Shown one piece after another: positions 51,570 to 62,778 of a stretch of 64,000 nucleotides of DNA; the stretch's first letter is position 1, and each line of letters begins with the position of its first letter. A program made the position numbers and the translations under genes. Location: contig CAVTUQ010000007.1 of assembly GCA_963737905.1 (NCBI GenBank), positions 1 to 64,000 of the forward strand. The letters are read 5' to 3'. This stretch comes from an uncultured delta proteobacterium. Lineage in GTDB: Bacteria > Desulfobacterota > Binatia > UBA9968. The notes under the pieces are model-generated. The model was not told the origin of the DNA. It saw nothing but the letters and a program-made list of their open reading frames with translations, and ran no database searches.

Positions 51570-54500
51570 ATGGAAAAATTTTGGCGGCTTTGCCGCTGGC
51601 TCAGATTGGCGTTGTTGGTCTTGCTCGTGCTGGGAGTCGCTGGGTTAGCGTTTTATACGCATACCGATGGCTTTCGCGAGTTCGTGCGGAGGAGATTGGT
51701 AACGGCGATCAATGACTCAATACGAGGGAAGATCATCGTGGCGAGATTGGACGGGTCGGTTTGGGGTAGCCTGACCTTGGTTGATGTGCGTCTGGTTGAC
51801 AGTGAAGGCGAGATCGCTCGGATTCCGCGTCTCAAAGGCAACTATGCTTTGCTTCCACTCATTTGGGGTCGGATTCAAATTCTCCGTTTGGAGGCTGCTC
51901 AACCGCTTGTGTGGTTGAAAGAAGGACGAGACGGAGTTTGGAATATTGTTGAAGCATTGTCACCGGCTGAACCGCAATCCGAAACATCCAGCCTAGTCGT
52001 TTCCATCAGTTCTCTCGAATTACAGAAGGCTGATGTCGATATCAGTTTTTCTGGCAACTCCTATCGTTTGACGGGCTTGGATCTGCAAGGCACCGCCGGA
52101 ATACGCTCGGACCTGACCACTGTCGACTTGCGGCAGGTTTCCTCTCGTGTGCTGACAAAGAACATGCCCGAGGCGCGTGTGAAGGGCGGCCTCACTTATG
52201 AGGATAGTCGGGGGCTGGAGAGTCTAACGTTCAGCGATTTCATCATCGAGAGCGGCAGCTCCGGTCTCAGATTAACCGGAAAAATTGACGATCTGAAAAC
52301 GCTTGAGACGACGGCCAAAGTGTCGATCGATAAGCTGGCTCCGGCGGATATCGCGCATTTTGTTCCGCAGTGGCCGGTCAAAGCCAATGTCTCGGGAATG
52401 GCTAATCTCAGCGGACCGCTCACTGCTCTAAAAGGCGATTTTTCTCTGGCCGTGGCGGATGGTTCTTTATCGGGTAACTTTCAGACGGATGTGTCCCGGG
52501 ATTCGCCGATATACCAAGGCAGCATAAAAATCGCCCAACTTAACTTGGCCAAATTGCTCGAACGAAAAGAGTTTCGAGGGATTGTAAGTGGGCTCGTTGA
52601 AATCAACGGGAACGGATTCGCCCTGGCTAATATTTCCGGGCAAGGCCAGGCCACAGTTCGATCGACCGCGGTTGCTGCTTGGGATCTAGGTGACGTTTCT
52701 CTCAAAGCCAGTCTTGCCGGCAGCGAAGCCAAAGTGAGCGGGGAACTCAAGAGCGAGCTTGGGCATGCCGATTGGCAAGGGCAGATCGCTCTCAGAGATA
52801 TTCCTCAATACGAACTTAGTTTTTCTGCGAGCCAGCTCGATATTCAAAAACTTTCATCGGACCGGACGATCAAAGGCAATTTGAATTTGGCGGGCTTCGT
52901 CAGAGGCTCCGGATTGACGGTTGCGACGATGAACACGCTGGCCAAAATTGACTTGCAACGATCCACGGTGGGAGGGGTGGAACTGGAGCAGGGCGCCTTG
53001 GTCGCAACCATAGCGGACCAACGGATTCGTGTGGCGCAGGGAACGCTCCGAGCTACGGATGCGATGCTGTCTGTCAAAGGCGATCTCGGTACGGATCTCA
53101 AGCAACAAGGGCAGCTCGACTATCAGCTCCGCGTGAAAGCTCTATCTCCTTGGCTTGCGCTCGTGGATCGGCAGGGTTCGGGATCGGTTAATCTAATCGG
53201 TGGAGCGAAAGGCAATCTCAGCGATCTGAAGACCCAGGGCAAAATAGCTTTGAGCGGGATAGACTTCGAAGGGACTGCCGTCCAGGGCGGTTCCATCGAC
53301 TACGATTTGGGGTATTCGAGCGCGCGGACCTTTCCCTACGGGACTCTCAACATCAGTTTGTCCGATATTCGGAGAGGGTATCGACTGCAAAGCCTGGAAG
53401 GCGTGGTTAAAATTCTTGCGCAAACTCCGCCCAGCTTTGATTTCGATGTGAAGGTGCGGGATGCGCAAAGCCGCACCCACACGTTAGCCGCCCGCTTGGA
53501 CTATCAGCCGGCGCATATTGTCGCCCGGGTAGCGCGATTGACGCTGGATTTGCCGGATGGGACGTGGAGACTCTCCCCGCCGGTCACGGTGGAGCAGCGG
53601 GACCAGGACTTTTTGGTGGATCGTTTGTTGATGCGCAATAACGGCCGTGAGCTTTTTTTGGATGGGCAATTTTCCTTGACCGGCAACCAGGCGCTCAGAT
53701 TGAACGTTGAAAAATTACCCCTCGAAGGAATGCGTGTTTTTTTTCCTGAAGCTCCGGATGTTACCGGAATTCTTTCAGCACAGGTCCAACTTGGGGGCAG
53801 CGCGGCTGCGCCTCAGGTGGTGGCGGCATTAAGATTGGAAAATTCCAAGATCGCCGGCCAGAGTTACGGCGGTTTGGTTGCGTCGGGAAGTTACCGGGAT
53901 CAAAGGGCCGACGTGAAGGCTACCGTGCAGCAGGATCAAGGCCATACGCTGAACGCAACCGCAACTCTGCCGATGAAACTGAGCTGGGACAATGGCTGGC
54001 GCGCCGAGGCTGGCGGTAACATCGACTCTCGCATCCAGTCGTCGGGTTTGAGCCTGGCTTTTCTCAATGCGCTCAGCGGCAAAGCCATCCAGGGGATCGG
54101 TGGCGAAGTCGAGGTGGATCTACAAGTCCGCGGTTCACTGGACCAACCCGTGCCTAGCGGATTCGTACGCCTGCGAGATGGCAAGCTCACACCCACTGCT
54201 CTCGGCGTCCAAATCTCTTCCGTCACGGCGGAAGGGCGGATCGAGCCCCGCGGATTGAGAGTTAGCCAAATATCGGCCCGCGCTAATAAAGGCGAGCTTA
54301 ACGGCCAGGGTTTCATCGCGCTGCAAAAATTCGTGCCGCAGGGGATTGACCTTTCCATTGCTGCGAAGCAATGGCCGGCTATAAACACGCAACAATATCA
54401 GATCGAAGTCGACGGTGCCGCTAAAATCGACGGCACCTTGGCGGCTCCGCGGATCACCGGCAAGTTCGAAGTTCCAAGAGGTGAGCTGCGTCCCGATCTG

Positions 54501-55292
54501 AGTTTTCTGGATCACGGTAATACGCCGGTGAAGCGGGACCCTACTATTACCGTGATATCGACAACTGCTGGCGGAAAGTCTGCCGCCATACCAGAGAGCA
54601 ATGGTCAAGGCGACAATGAGCTATGGCGAAGTGCCAGCATAGATGTTCAAATTCACATACCGAATGACCTTTGGATCAGGCATCGCAACGGTAACGTGGA
54701 ACTGTCCGGCAACCTGAGGGTGACGAAAGGCAGCGGCGGCAATCCCACTGTGACGGGCTTAATCGAAACTATACGGGGTTGGGTTGGCTTTCAAGGCAGG
54801 CGCTTCACCCTGACCCGCGGTAGGTTAGAGTTCGGCGGGGGTGAGAAAATTGACCCATCCCTCGACATCGTGGCGGAGAATCGGGCGGGCAACTATTTGA
54901 TCAGTGCCGTGGTCAAGGGCACTGCAGAAAAGCCGACGTTAACTCTTGCCAGCGATCCGCAATTGGATCAAGCCGATATTCTCTCGGTGTTGCTTTTTAA
55001 CAAGCCCCTATCCAGTCTCGAAAAGAGCGAACAGGCATCGCTACAGCAAAATGCGATTAGCATCACCAGCGGTTTTGCGGCCGCTCAGATCGGACAAGGG
55101 GTTTCGCAAGCCTTGGGATTGGAGGAGCTTGGGGTTGATATCACAAACGTTTCGGTCTCTCAGGATGTTTCGGGCAAATACGGACAGCAAGTATCGGCGG
55201 AATATCGGATCACCTCCGATTGGAGGTTCAGCGTTTCGGCCAGCACCGTGGGACCGAGTGGCGTCGATCTCATCTGGCAAAAGCGGTATTGA
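51570..55292 (+). CDS. tamB: Translocation/assembly module TamB-like protein
   Basis: 1240 aa, N-terminal TM anchor, beta-rich body, C-terminal DPSLDI..GTAEKP..SDPQLDQADILSVLLF. Confidence 0.85.
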   Translation: MEKFWRLCRWLRLALLVLLVLGVAGLAFYTHTDGFREFVRRRLVTAINDSIRGKIIVARLDGSVWGSLTLVDVRLVDSEGEIARIPRLKGNYALLPLIWGRIQILRLEAAQPLVWLKEGRDGVWNIVEALSPAEPQSETSSLVVSISSLELQKADVDISFSGNSYRLTGLDLQGTAGIRSDLTTVDLRQVSSRVLTKNMPEARVKGGLTYEDSRGLESLTFSDFIIESGSSGLRLTGKIDDLKTLETTAKVSIDKLAPADIAHFVPQWPVKANVSGMANLSGPLTALKGDFSLAVADGSLSGNFQTDVSRDSPIYQGSIKIAQLNLAKLLERKEFRGIVSGLVEINGNGFALANISGQGQATVRSTAVAAWDLGDVSLKASLAGSEAKVSGELKSELGHADWQGQIALRDIPQYELSFSASQLDIQKLSSDRTIKGNLNLAGFVRGSGLTVATMNTLAKIDLQRSTVGGVELEQGALVATIADQRIRVAQGTLRATDAMLSVKGDLGTDLKQQGQLDYQLRVKALSPWLALVDRQGSGSVNLIGGAKGNLSDLKTQGKIALSGIDFEGTAVQGGSIDYDLGYSSARTFPYGTLNISLSDIRRGYRLQSLEGVVKILAQTPPSFDFDVKVRDAQSRTHTLAARLDYQPAHIVARVARLTLDLPDGTWRLSPPVTVEQRDQDFLVDRLLMRNNGRELFLDGQFSLTGNQALRLNVEKLPLEGMRVFFPEAPDVTGILSAQVQLGGSAAAPQVVAALRLENSKIAGQSYGGLVASGSYRDQRADVKATVQQDQGHTLNATATLPMKLSWDNGWRAEAGGNIDSRIQSSGLSLAFLNALSGKAIQGIGGEVEVDLQVRGSLDQPVPSGFVRLRDGKLTPTALGVQISSVTAEGRIEPRGLRVSQISARANKGELNGQGFIALQKFVPQGIDLSIAAKQWPAINTQQYQIEVDGAAKIDGTLAAPRITGKFEVPRGELRPDLSFLDHGNTPVKRDPTITVISTTAGGKSAAIPESNGQGDNELWRSASIDVQIHIPNDLWIRHRNGNVELSGNLRVTKGSGGNPTVTGLIETIRGWVGFQGRRFTLTRGRLEFGGGEKIDPSLDIVAENRAGNYLISAVVKGTAEKPTLTLASDPQLDQADILSVLLFNKPLSSLEKSEQASLQQNAISITSGFAAAQIGQGVSQALGLEELGVDITNVSVSQDVSGKYGQQVSAEYRITSDWRFSVSASTVGPSGVDLIWQKRY

Positions 55293-55328
55293 TGTCTGAA
55301 AAAATCATTGTCTTACGCAGACTTGCGG

Positions 55329-56409
<1,081 letters not shown>

Positions 56410-56464
56410 AGATCGCTGAAGGACTCCTGTTTGCGACCTGGCCAAAATTATTCTAACGGCCGTT

Positions 56465-56497
56465 TTGAACGATTGGAACCGCTTGAACGTTTTGAAC
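56465..56497 (-). repeat. 9-nt period GTTC(A/C)A repeat (reverse orientation) inside the ilvC-psd spacer
   Basis: ttgaac/tggaac at 56465, 56474, 56483 and 56492. Confidence 0.78.
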
Positions 56498-56531
56498 TGT
56501 TTCACTGTCGGACGGAAGGCTCAAATACCCC

Positions 56532-57161
56532 ATGAGAGTAGCCAGGGAAGGGTATCCGCTGATCTTCACTGCGGTCATCCTGACGCTGCTTGCGTTTCTG
56601 GCGGGTTGGATGTCGCTCGGAATTATTCTAGGGCTAATTGGGCTGGCTATGGCCGGATTTTTTCGTGATCCCGAACGCCAGCCGCCCGCAGGTGAAGGTT
56701 TGGTGCTCTCGCCGGCGGATGGTAAAGTCGTCAGTGTCGCAGAGGTTAAAGGGGATTCCCCTTTTCCAGGTAGCGGGACAAGAGTTAGCATTTTTCTTTC
56801 GCCTCTTGATGTGCACATCAATCGGATACCGGTGGAGGGTAAGATCGAAAAGGTAACGTATCATCGCGGCAAGTTTTTGGCGGCCTACAAGGAAGAAGCC
56901 GCGCGGCGAAACGAACAAAATGCTTTGAGTATCCTCGACTCCGAAGGAAGAAAGTTGAGCGTCGTACAGATTGCCGGTGTGTTGGCGCGACGGATTATTT
57001 GTCGCGCCAAACCGGGAGATCGATTGGCTCGCGGTGAAAGATTCGGACTGATCATGTTCGGCTCGAGAACGGATACCTACCTGCCGGAGGGTTGCCAGAT
57101 TGAAGTCGCCGAAGGGCAAAGGGTTAAAGGCGGAGAGACCGTATTAGCGAGGTTTGTATGA
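56532..57161 (+). CDS. psd: Phosphatidylserine decarboxylase proenzyme
   Basis: FFRDPER, SPADG, DVHINR, FGSRTD cleavage motif. Confidence 0.94.
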   Translation: MRVAREGYPLIFTAVILTLLAFLAGWMSLGIILGLIGLAMAGFFRDPERQPPAGEGLVLSPADGKVVSVAEVKGDSPFPGSGTRVSIFLSPLDVHINRIPVEGKIEKVTYHRGKFLAAYKEEAARRNEQNALSILDSEGRKLSVVQIAGVLARRIICRAKPGDRLARGERFGLIMFGSRTDTYLPEGCQIEVAEGQRVKGGETVLARFV

Positions 57162-58015
57162 GCGGAGCGAATCCACCAGAACCGGAACAGTTTCCGGCCG
57201 TAAGGAATGTTCGATTGCTGCGCCGGCGGGTGCGACCACGGGTACCGCTTCGTAACAGAGTAGCTGCTGTAAAGCTAAGGAAGGGAGTCTATCTGATTCC
57301 CAGTCTTTTTACAGCGGGGAATTTGATCTGCGGATTTTTTTCCATCATCTCGACTTTTAACGGGAACTATGTGCCCGCGACGGTTTTCATCATCCTGGCC
57401 AATATTCTCGATGGGCTAGATGGCTACGCGGCACGTTTGACGCGATCCACCAGCCAGTTTGGAGTTGAGTTCGACTCGTTGGCCGACATCGTTTCGTTTG
57501 GCGTGGCCCCGGCGATTCTCGTTTACTTTTGGGCGCTGGTTCCTTGGGGAACTTGGGGCTGGTTGGCGGCCTGTACGTTTGTAGTATGTGGGGCGCTGCG
57601 TCTCTCTCGCTTCAATGTGCAGAGTATCGGCCCCGCCAGAGGTCATTTCGTGGGGCTGCCTATACCCGCGGCTGCCGAGATGATCGCGGCGATTGTGCTG
57701 ATGTATTATTTTTTAGGCGGAGAAGGCGCGCCCAACAAGCATGTCACTTTACTGTTAGTGATTTACGGGTTGGCGGGGCTGATGGTAAGCAGTTTTCCTT
57801 ATTTTAGCTTGAAAAATTCGGATCTGCGGAAGAAACATCCCTTCTGGATGTTGGTTTCCGGGTTTATTTTGATTACACTGATAATCGCAGAGCCGCAGAT
57901 TATGTTCTTTATGATATTCCTGTTATACACCTTATCGGGCCCCCTGTTATGGTGTTTGACGACGAACAAACGCCAACGGGAGAGACGAGGGCAGATGGCT
58001 GAAGCTAAGCCCTAA
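57158..58015 (+). CDS. pssA: CDP-diacylglycerol--serine O-phosphatidyltransferase
   Basis: DGLDGYAAR..FGVEFDSLADIVSFG, RLSRFN, FVGLPIP. Confidence 0.94.
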   Translation: MSGANPPEPEQFPAVRNVRLLRRRVRPRVPLRNRVAAVKLRKGVYLIPSLFTAGNLICGFFSIISTFNGNYVPATVFIILANILDGLDGYAARLTRSTSQFGVEFDSLADIVSFGVAPAILVYFWALVPWGTWGWLAACTFVVCGALRLSRFNVQSIGPARGHFVGLPIPAAAEMIAAIVLMYYFLGGEGAPNKHVTLLLVIYGLAGLMVSSFPYFSLKNSDLRKKHPFWMLVSGFILITLIIAEPQIMFFMIFLLYTLSGPLLWCLTTNKRQRERRGQMAEAKP

Positions 58016-58040
58016 TCCACCATCTGGACTCGTAAGCGAC

Positions 58041-58074
58041 ACTCCCGTTGGCTATGCCGCGGGAGTTTTTTTTT
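58041..58074 (+). terminator. Rho-independent terminator between pssA and leuA
   Basis: ACTCCCG-loop-CGGGAGT followed by a T run. Confidence 0.7.
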
Positions 58075-58091
58075 AGTTGGGGGCATAAGGA

Positions 58092-59677
58092 ATGATTGGA
58101 GGATATCCATGTCAGACAAGAGTAGCAGATAATATCGTTAGAATTTTCGATACGACCTTGCGGGACGGCGAGCAGTCGCCCGGCGCGAGCATGACGGTTG
58201 AACAAAAAGTGGTCATCGCGCGCCAGCTAGAGAAGCTCGGTGTCGATGTGATTGAGGCCGGCTTCGCGGCGTCCTCCGAGGGTGACTTCGAGTCGGTGGC
58301 ACGGGTATGTCAAGGAAGTCAAGCAGCCGCGCATGCTCAGCCTCGCCCGATCCCAAGAAGGAGATATCACCCGAGCGCTGAAAGCGGTCGAACATGCCAC
58401 GAATCCAGGCATCCATGTATTCATCGCGACTTCCGATATTCACCTGAAGCACAAACTCAGGATGTCGCGGGAACAGGTCCTGGAGGCGGCCGTGAAGGCG
58501 GTTAGCTATGCCAAGAAGCACATCGACTACATAGAATTCTCAGCCGAGGATGCTTCGCGCAGCGACCCGGATTTTCTTATTCAGATATTTCAAGGAAGTG
58601 ATTCGAGCGGGCGCTAACACGATCAACGTGCCGGATACGACTGGCTACGCGATCCCGTCGGAGTTCGGTGCCTTGATGGCTAACCTAATCGAACGGACCG
58701 CGGGAGGGGATCGGGTGACCTGGAGCGCTCACTGTCACAATGACCTGGGGCTTGCCGTCGCCAATTCCTTGGCCGCAGTTCACAACGGCGCCAGGCAAAT
58801 CGAGTGTACCATCAACGGCATCGGCGAGCGGGCGGGCAATACCTCCTTGGAAGAGGTGGTGATGGCGCTCCGAACCAGGAAGAACTACCTCGATTTGGAT
58901 ACCGGCATCACAACCGAACAGATCTATCCCACTTCGCGTTTGGTGTCGCAGGTGACCGGAATTCCAGTGCCGATCAACAAGCCGATCGTCGGAGACAACG
59001 CCTTCGCGCATGAGGCGGGGATTCATCAAGACGGAGTGCTCAAGCATAAGCAGACCTATGAAATCATGACACCCGAGTCCGTCGGCATTACCGGCAACCG
59101 TCTGGTGATGGGCAAGCACTCGGGGCGCCACGCCTTCGATGAGCGGCTGAAGCATCTGGGTTTCAATTTGAGCAAGGAAGACATGAACCGGGCGTTCCTC
59201 CGTTTCAAAGAATTGGCGGACAAGAAAAAGAATGTTTATGACGAAGATATCGAAGCGATCATCGGGGAAGAAATTCTTAGGGTGCCCGGGCAACCTGACC
59301 GTTACGAGCTTTTGTATCTCAACGTCAATTCCAGCTCGGACGGCATCCCTGCGGCAACGATCAAGATGCGTGTCAACGGCCAGGAAAAGATGGATTATGC
59401 CTCGGGCGACGGCGCCGTGGACGCTTGTTACAAAGTGATTACCAAGATCACCGGCTCTCAATCCCAGCTCGTTCGTTATACGGTAAGCGCCATCACCGGT
59501 GGAACCGATGCCCAGGGAGAAGTTTCGTGCATCATTGAGGACGGCGGTTTTCGGGTGTCGGGGCAGGGCGCGCATACGGACATCATCATGGCTAGCGCGC
59601 TGGCGTACATCAACGCTCTTAACAAGATCGAGGGTAGAAAACACTATCGGCAGTTGGTGGAGAGAGAGGGGCCATGA
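58092..59677 (+). CDS. leuA: 2-isopropylmalate synthase (2-3 frameshifts)
   Basis: [47 protein letters not shown]. Confidence 0.95.
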
Positions 59678-60765
59678 GCTATAAGATTACAGTTTTACCC
59701 GGCGACGGCATCGGACCCGAGGTGATGCAAGAAGGGACCGAGGTTCTTAACCAGGCGGCAAAGTTGCATGGTTTCAAGGTTGAGCTGGAACAGGGGGTAG
59801 TGGGAGGTGCGTCCATCGATGTTCATGGCAAGCCGCTCACGGATTCCGTTTTGAAGCTTGCTAAAGAGAGTGACGCGGTGCTGCTTGGCGCGATGGGAGG
59901 GCCCAAGTGGGACGGTTTGGATTATTCCATCCGGCCAGAGCGCGCGCTTCTCGCTTTACGCCAGGAGTTGGGTTTGTTCGCCAATCTACGGCCCGTGAAG
60001 TTGTTCTCAGCTTTGGCGTCGGCTTCCACCCTGAAGAAAGAGGTCGTCGAAGGAACCGATCTGCTTGTCGTGCGTGAACTTACCGGGGGAATCTATTTCG
60101 GCCAACCCAAGGGTGTGACAAAACTGCCGGACGGAACCGAGCGGGGGGTGAATACCGAAGTTTACACCACGCCGGAGATCGAACGCATCGCCGTTGTCGC
60201 GTTCGAAGCGGCGCGCAAGCGGCGTCGTAAAGTCACTTCGGTGGACAAGGCCAATGTGCTCGAAGTTACGGAGCTCTGGCGGAAGGTTGTGACCCGCGTG
60301 CACAAGGAAAAAGGCTACGACGATATCCAGCTCGAACATGTGCTCGTCGACAACTGCGCCATGCAATTGATTCGTGATCCAAAACAATTCGACGTCATGG
60401 TTACAACGAACATGTTCGGAGACATTTTAAGCGACGAGGCGGCGATGTTGACCGGCTCCATCGGCATGTTGCCTTCGGCCAGCCTGGGTGGAGAAGTCGG
60501 GATGTATGAGCCGGTTCATGGAACCGCCCCGGATATCGCAGGCCAAGATAAGGCCAATCCGTTGGCAACGATTTTGACGGTCGCGATGCTGTTGCGTCAT
60601 TCGTTGGATCAGAATGAAGCGGCGGATCGGATCGAGCGCGCCGTGGAAGCCGTTTTGAACGGCGGCTACCGCACGCTTGATATTCAGGAGAAAGATTGCC
60701 GGCCTGTGGGGTGCAAGGAGATGGGGAGGCTAGTGCGAGAAAAAATTGAGGCGTTGAAGGGATAA
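59674..60765 (+). CDS. leuB: 3-isopropylmalate dehydrogenase
   Basis: [42 protein letters not shown]. Confidence 0.97.
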   Translation: MSYKITVLPGDGIGPEVMQEGTEVLNQAAKLHGFKVELEQGVVGGASIDVHGKPLTDSVLKLAKESDAVLLGAMGGPKWDGLDYSIRPERALLALRQELGLFANLRPVKLFSALASASTLKKEVVEGTDLLVVRELTGGIYFGQPKGVTKLPDGTERGVNTEVYTTPEIERIAVVAFEAARKRRRKVTSVDKANVLEVTELWRKVVTRVHKEKGYDDIQLEHVLVDNCAMQLIRDPKQFDVMVTTNMFGDILSDEAAMLTGSIGMLPSASLGGEVGMYEPVHGTAPDIAGQDKANPLATILTVAMLLRHSLDQNEAADRIERAVEAVLNGGYRTLDIQEKDCRPVGCKEMGRLVREKIEALKG

Positions 60766-60769
60766 GTCA

Positions 60770-61792
60770 TTGAAAAAAGAAAAATACAATGTTGCCGTTG
60801 TCGGCGCCACCGGCGCCGTGGGCGAGCAGATGCGGGAGGTGCTGGAGGAGCGCGAGTTTCCGGTGGGCGAACTGCGTCTTTTGGCCTCCGAGAGATCGGC
60901 GGGACAGTTTCTGTCGTTCCACGGGAAACAGATCCGGGTGGACATCCTTGCCGAGGATTCCTTCAACGGAATCGACATCGGACTTTTCTCCGCAGGCGGC
61001 AGCGTGAGCGCGAAGTTCGCTCCCATAGCGGTAAATGCCGGTGCAGTCGTCGTCGATAACACCGCTTCTTTTCGTATGGAACCTGACATCCCGTTGGTGG
61101 TGCCGGAAGTCAACACGAAGGAGATCGCACACTACAAGAATCGCGGCATCGTTGCCAATCCAAATTGCTCGACCATCCAAATGGTCGTGGCGCTAAAGCC
61201 GATTCACGATGCGGCGCGCATCAAGCGGGTCGTGGTGTCGACTTATCAGTCGGTGTCCGGCGCTGGCCGAAAGGCGATGGAGGAACTGAGCCAGCAAGTC
61301 ACCGCGCTTTACAACGGGCAGGAACTGGAGATGGAGAAGTTTCCACACCAGATCGCCTTCAATTGCATTCCCCACATCGACGCCTTTGTGGACGGCGGTT
61401 ACACCAAAGAAGAGTTGAAGATGATCAACGAGACGCGCAAGATTTTCGGCGAACCCTCGCTGCGCGTCACTGCGACCACGGTTCGTGTGCCGGTTTTTTG
61501 CGGCCATTCGGAGTCCGTGAACATCGAGACCGAGAAAAAACTCACCGCGGCCGATGTCAAAGCCATATTGCGCGAAGCCCCAGGAGTCATTGTTGCCGAT
61601 GAGCCGGAGAATAACGTTTATCCGATGGCCATCGAGGCCACTGGCAAGGATGCCACCTACGTCGGGCGAATCCGCGAGGACGATTCCGTGACCAACGGCC
61701 TCAATCTCTGGGTTGTGGCGGACAATTTGCGCAAAGGCGCCGCTCTCAATGCCGTCCAGATTGCGGAGATTTTGATTCGCGATTATATCTAG
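60770..61792 (+). CDS. asd: Aspartate-semialdehyde dehydrogenase
   Basis: VGATGAVG, NPNCST, STYQSVSGAG, DNLRKGAALNAVQIAE. Confidence 0.97.
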   Translation: MKKEKYNVAVVGATGAVGEQMREVLEEREFPVGELRLLASERSAGQFLSFHGKQIRVDILAEDSFNGIDIGLFSAGGSVSAKFAPIAVNAGAVVVDNTASFRMEPDIPLVVPEVNTKEIAHYKNRGIVANPNCSTIQMVVALKPIHDAARIKRVVVSTYQSVSGAGRKAMEELSQQVTALYNGQELEMEKFPHQIAFNCIPHIDAFVDGGYTKEELKMINETRKIFGEPSLRVTATTVRVPVFCGHSESVNIETEKKLTAADVKAILREAPGVIVADEPENNVYPMAIEATGKDATYVGRIREDDSVTNGLNLWVVADNLRKGAALNAVQIAEILIRDYI

Positions 61793-61832
61793 CTCGTTTG
61801 GACATACTGAAAAAAAGGGACTTCAGGCATTC

Positions 61833-61980
61833 CTGTGAAGTAAGACTCGGAGATTGCACCGCGAAGGCGCCCTTCGACGTCGCTTAGGACAGGCTCCGGA
61901 CGCGGAGTAAAGAGTTCTTGATTAAGAAATTCTCCGATCTCTGCGAACTCGGCGCCTCTGTGGTGAATACTTCTTCACAG
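61833..61980. repeat. Long imperfect inverted-repeat element with a nested 25-nt unit
   Basis: CTGTGAAG/CTTCACAG and CACCGCGAAGGCGC/GCGCCTCTGTGGTG arms; nested ccttcgacgtcgcttaggacaggct at 61871-61895. Confidence 0.7.
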
Positions 61981-62032
61981 AAAACCCGGATTAACCGAAA
62001 GAAAAGACGACCCATCGAGAACGGGTTTTTTC

Positions 62033-62764
62033 ATGAACATCAAGCTCACTATTGAGTATGACGGCACGAATTACCTTGGCTGGCAGATGCAACCGAACGG
62101 GCCAACGATTCAATCTGTGCTGGAGCAAGCGGTATCGACGTTTCTCAGTGTGCCGACACGCGTGACGGCTTCCGGGAGAACCGATGCCGGCGTTCATGCG
62201 CTTGGACAGGTGGTCAATTTCTTCTGCGATCAAGAGCCGGACCTGCACCGGTTGCGGCGCGGTCTCAATGCGCTGACTCCAGACGATGTCAGCATCAAAG
62301 ACGTCAAGATCATGGCCGATTCTTTCGACGCGCGCCGCAACGGGCGCAGCCGGACTTACGAGTACCGTATTTTGAACCGTCCTAGCCCTTCACCATTTTA
62401 TTTGAACTACGCCTGGCATTTGCATGATTCTTTGGATGTGCAGCGGATGCGCAACGCGATCCGTTGCCTGGAGGGGGAGCATGATTTCTCCTCCTTCCGT
62501 GCCTCCGGTTGTGACGCCCCTCATCCGACGAGAACGGTTTATCGGATATCCTTGGACCAAGTCGGAGAACTTCTGGTTTTTACGATCGAGGCCACGGCGT
62601 TCTTGCGCCATATGGCGCGCAATATCGTCGGAACCTTGGTCGAAGTTGGGCGTGGCCTGCGCGCGGCGCAATCCTTTGCTGAATTGCTGGAAGCGCGAGA
62701 CAGAACCAAAGCCGGGCCGACGGCGCCGCCCCATGGGTTGTTTTTGATGGAAGTGAAATATTGA
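62033..62764 (+). CDS. truA: tRNA pseudouridine(38-40) synthase
   Basis: YDGTNYLGWQ, SGRTDAGVHALGQ, GEHDFSSF, TAPPHGL. Confidence 0.96.
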   Translation: MNIKLTIEYDGTNYLGWQMQPNGPTIQSVLEQAVSTFLSVPTRVTASGRTDAGVHALGQVVNFFCDQEPDLHRLRRGLNALTPDDVSIKDVKIMADSFDARRNGRSRTYEYRILNRPSPSPFYLNYAWHLHDSLDVQRMRNAIRCLEGEHDFSSFRASGCDAPHPTRTVYRISLDQVGELLVFTIEATAFLRHMARNIVGTLVEVGRGLRAAQSFAELLEARDRTKAGPTAPPHGLFLMEVKY

Positions 62765-62778
62765 GGTGGGTGCCGATT

